From an uncultured Bacilli bacterium (GTDB lineage Bacteria > Bacillota_I > Bacilli_A > RF39 > UBA660): a DNA stretch of 50,038 nt. This document shows positions 47,953-50,038 of the stretch, in pieces. Both the position numbers and the translations under genes were made by a program. A model generated the notes under the pieces. The model searched no databases, was not told the origin of the DNA, and saw only the letters and a list, made by a program, of their open reading frames with translations. The number at the start of each line of letters is the position of its first letter. Position 1 is the stretch's first letter. The stretch lies in the NCBI GenBank assembly GCA_934130215.1, contig CAKOXR010000002.1:1-50038 (forward strand). Reading direction: 5' to 3'.

Positions 47953-49962
47953 ATGAAAAAGAAAAATATAATTGATACAATCATTATATCGTCATTTTTC
48001 TTCATAGAAGAGCTTATTTTTAAAGCTTTAATAAACAATTTTACATTAGATTATAGTATTTTAAGAATACTTTTATTATCATTAATTTTAGGTTTTATAA
48101 TATCTTATATAGCAAATTTAGCAACTAAAAAGAAAATTAAAAATTCTATTATTTTAGTTCCATGTTTAATAGCAGCAATCTATGCACTTGCTCAACTAGG
48201 ATTTATAGCATACTTTGGTATTTATATGAGTACTAATACCGGAGGCCAAATTGGAGCAGTAAAATCTTATATAATAGATTTTATTAAAAGTTTAAAACCA
48301 GTATATTATACAATACTAATTCCAATTATTCCTCTAACAGTATATTACTTTATAACAAAATATAATAAAGAAAACAATAAAATAATAAAAAAAGAAGTTT
48401 TTATTAATTGTTTAATACTTGTAACTCTTTGTTTATCATATTATGCAACTGTTAGTTTAAAGTTTATGCAAAACAAATATCAACCAATATCAAATAAGGA
48501 ATTATTTAATTATCCTTCTAATCCAAGTACAACTGTTAATCAATTTGGAATAAATGGATATTTTATATTAGATATTAAAAGTTTATTTCAAAAAAAAGTT
48601 GAACTAACATATGAAGCACCAAGAGAAACTATTACTGTTACTGAAAAGCATTTTGATGATACAATTTGGAATAAAATTATTGAAGAAGAAAAAAATTCTA
48701 TAAATAATACATTAAATAATTACTTTATATCAAGAAATCAAACAATAGAAAATGATTATACTGGTTATTTTAAAGATAAAAATCTTATAATGATAATGAT
48801 AGAATCCGCTAATGAAATTGCAATCAATAAAGAATATTTCCCAACTCTTTACAAATTATATTCTGAAGGTTGGTCATGGAAGAATAATTATTCTCCAAGA
48901 AATACATGTCCAACTGGTAATAATGAATTTAGTGCTTTAACTTCTTTATATAGTATAAATAATACTTGTGTAGCTCGTGATTATAAGAAAAATACATATT
49001 TTGAAAGTATATTTAACTTATTTAAAAACAAAGGATACGATGTTTCATCATTTCACGATTATACAGATCAATATTATGAAAGAACAACACTTCATAAAAA
49101 TCTAGGTAGTACTTATTATGGTGCTAAAGATTTAAAAATTGAAACAAGTCCAATTTATGGTAAATGGCCATCTGATATAGATTTAATTGAGAATTCTTAT
49201 TCTATATTTAGTCAAAATAAAAAATATTTTACTTTTTTAACAACAGTAACAAGCCATGCTCCATATAATAGGCCATCAGAATATGGAGATAAATATTTAG
49301 ACAATTTTAAAGATTTAGATTTACCAACCGATATGAAAAGATATTTATCTAAATTAACAGAGGTAGATAAAGCTTTAGAATCTCTAATTGCTAAATTAGA
49401 AAAAAATAATGAACTAAATAATACTGTTATAGTTATATTTGGTGATCATTATCCTTATGCTTTAGATACAAAAACAATAAATAAAATTTTAGAATACGAA
49501 GATAATTCAGTAGATATAGATAAAACTCCATTTCTAATATGGAATCCTAACATAAAACCAAAAGTTTATGAAGAATATACTAGTTATATTAATATATTAC
49601 CTACAATTGCAAATTTATTTTCACTTGATTATGATGCAAGATTATATATGGGTGAAGACCTATTAAATGATGATTATCAAAGTATCGTAATATTTCCAAA
49701 TGGTTCATGGAAAAATGAAATTGCATATTATAACTCTAATAATAATAAAATAACATATTTAACCGATGTTACTTATACTGATGAAGAAATAATAAAAATT
49801 AATAAAATTGTAACTTCAAGATTACAAATGTCCACAACAACAATAAAGAAAAATTATTTTGATTATTTAAAAAATAAATACAGTGAAAATGATATAGAAA
49901 ATCCTTTAGATTTATATATTACAGAAACACATGAAGAAGAAATATCAAAAAAGAACACCTAA
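47953..49962 (+). CDS. LtaS-family sulfatase-domain phosphoglycerol transferase (lipoteichoic acid synthase-like)
   Basis: An N-terminal block of about five TM helices. The extracellular sulfatase fold has IMIMIESANE, PTGNNEFSALTS, TVTSHAPY and FGDHYPY. Confidence 0.8.
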   Translation: MKKKNIIDTIIISSFFFIEELIFKALINNFTLDYSILRILLLSLILGFIISYIANLATKKKIKNSIILVPCLIAAIYALAQLGFIAYFGIYMSTNTGGQIGAVKSYIIDFIKSLKPVYYTILIPIIPLTVYYFITKYNKENNKIIKKEVFINCLILVTLCLSYYATVSLKFMQNKYQPISNKELFNYPSNPSTTVNQFGINGYFILDIKSLFQKKVELTYEAPRETITVTEKHFDDTIWNKIIEEEKNSINNTLNNYFISRNQTIENDYTGYFKDKNLIMIMIESANEIAINKEYFPTLYKLYSEGWSWKNNYSPRNTCPTGNNEFSALTSLYSINNTCVARDYKKNTYFESIFNLFKNKGYDVSSFHDYTDQYYERTTLHKNLGSTYYGAKDLKIETSPIYGKWPSDIDLIENSYSIFSQNKKYFTFLTTVTSHAPYNRPSEYGDKYLDNFKDLDLPTDMKRYLSKLTEVDKALESLIAKLEKNNELNNTVIVIFGDHYPYALDTKTINKILEYEDNSVDIDKTPFLIWNPNIKPKVYEEYTSYINILPTIANLFSLDYDARLYMGEDLLNDDYQSIVIFPNGSWKNEIAYYNSNNNKITYLTDVTYTDEEIIKINKIVTSRLQMSTTTIKKNYFDYLKNKYSENDIENPLDLYITETHEEEISKKNT

Positions 49963-50038
49963 AATTAAACTAGTCAATAAAAAGTAGACAGTTAAAAAAG
50001 ATACTTTAAAACCCTGATTCGATTTTATATTGAATTGG

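Noticed and set aside
1-50038. Search by eye for CRISPR arrays, tRNA or rRNA genes and long tandem repeats
   Set aside because: I found no regularly spaced direct repeats with unique spacers, no cloverleaf-like GC-rich segments and no rRNA-like stretches. The intergenic regions are short and AT-rich. Small ncRNAs cannot be excluded without covariance-model searches.

Overview
This is a very AT-rich window from an endospore-forming Firmicute; it carries spoIID, spoIIQ-like, spoIIID, cotJ and CotY/CotZ-like genes. I cannot place the taxon more precisely from sequence alone.

Layout:
- 1-12.2 kb, minus strand: a tightly packed S10-spc-alpha ribosomal super-operon, running rpsJ to rplO, then secY, adk, map, infA, rpmJ and rpsM. 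It has a near-consensus promoter and a comparatively GC-rich leader. There is no L30 gene between rpsE and rplO.
- 12.3-15.8 kb: an uncharacterised two-gene module directly upstream of that promoter. It is a 952-aa protein with a papain/PepC-like Cys...His...SWG signature, plus an overlapping 233-aa ORF.
- 15.9-33.6 kb: envelope, spore and housekeeping genes. These are TspO, a P-type ATPase, a lipoprotein, a small GGDEF cyclase, and a sortase B / CotZ-like / Trp-repeat protein cluster. They are followed by DUF368, prs, cinA-like, rsmF-like, cotJ, ddl and typA.
- 33.6-39.6 kb: clearly accessory DNA. A type II restriction-modification cassette is bracketed by imperfect direct repeats. Next comes a translationally coupled Nudix plus membrane-protein pair. 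An IS1634/IS4-like element follows, flanked by a perfect 210-bp direct duplication of host DNA.
- 39.4-50 kb: a DUF421 gene, an orphan pseudopilin, mbl-spoIIID-spoIIQ-like-spoIID synteny, a thioredoxin-like protein, an OatA-like acyltransferase, an LtaS-family enzyme and several unknown proteins.

I found no rRNA, tRNA or CRISPR array.

The best candidates for undescribed biology are the 952-aa/233-aa module, the Nudix/membrane pair beside the R-M cassette, and the sortase/CotZ-like/Trp-repeat cluster.

All calls rest on motif-level reading of the translations. No database search was possible.
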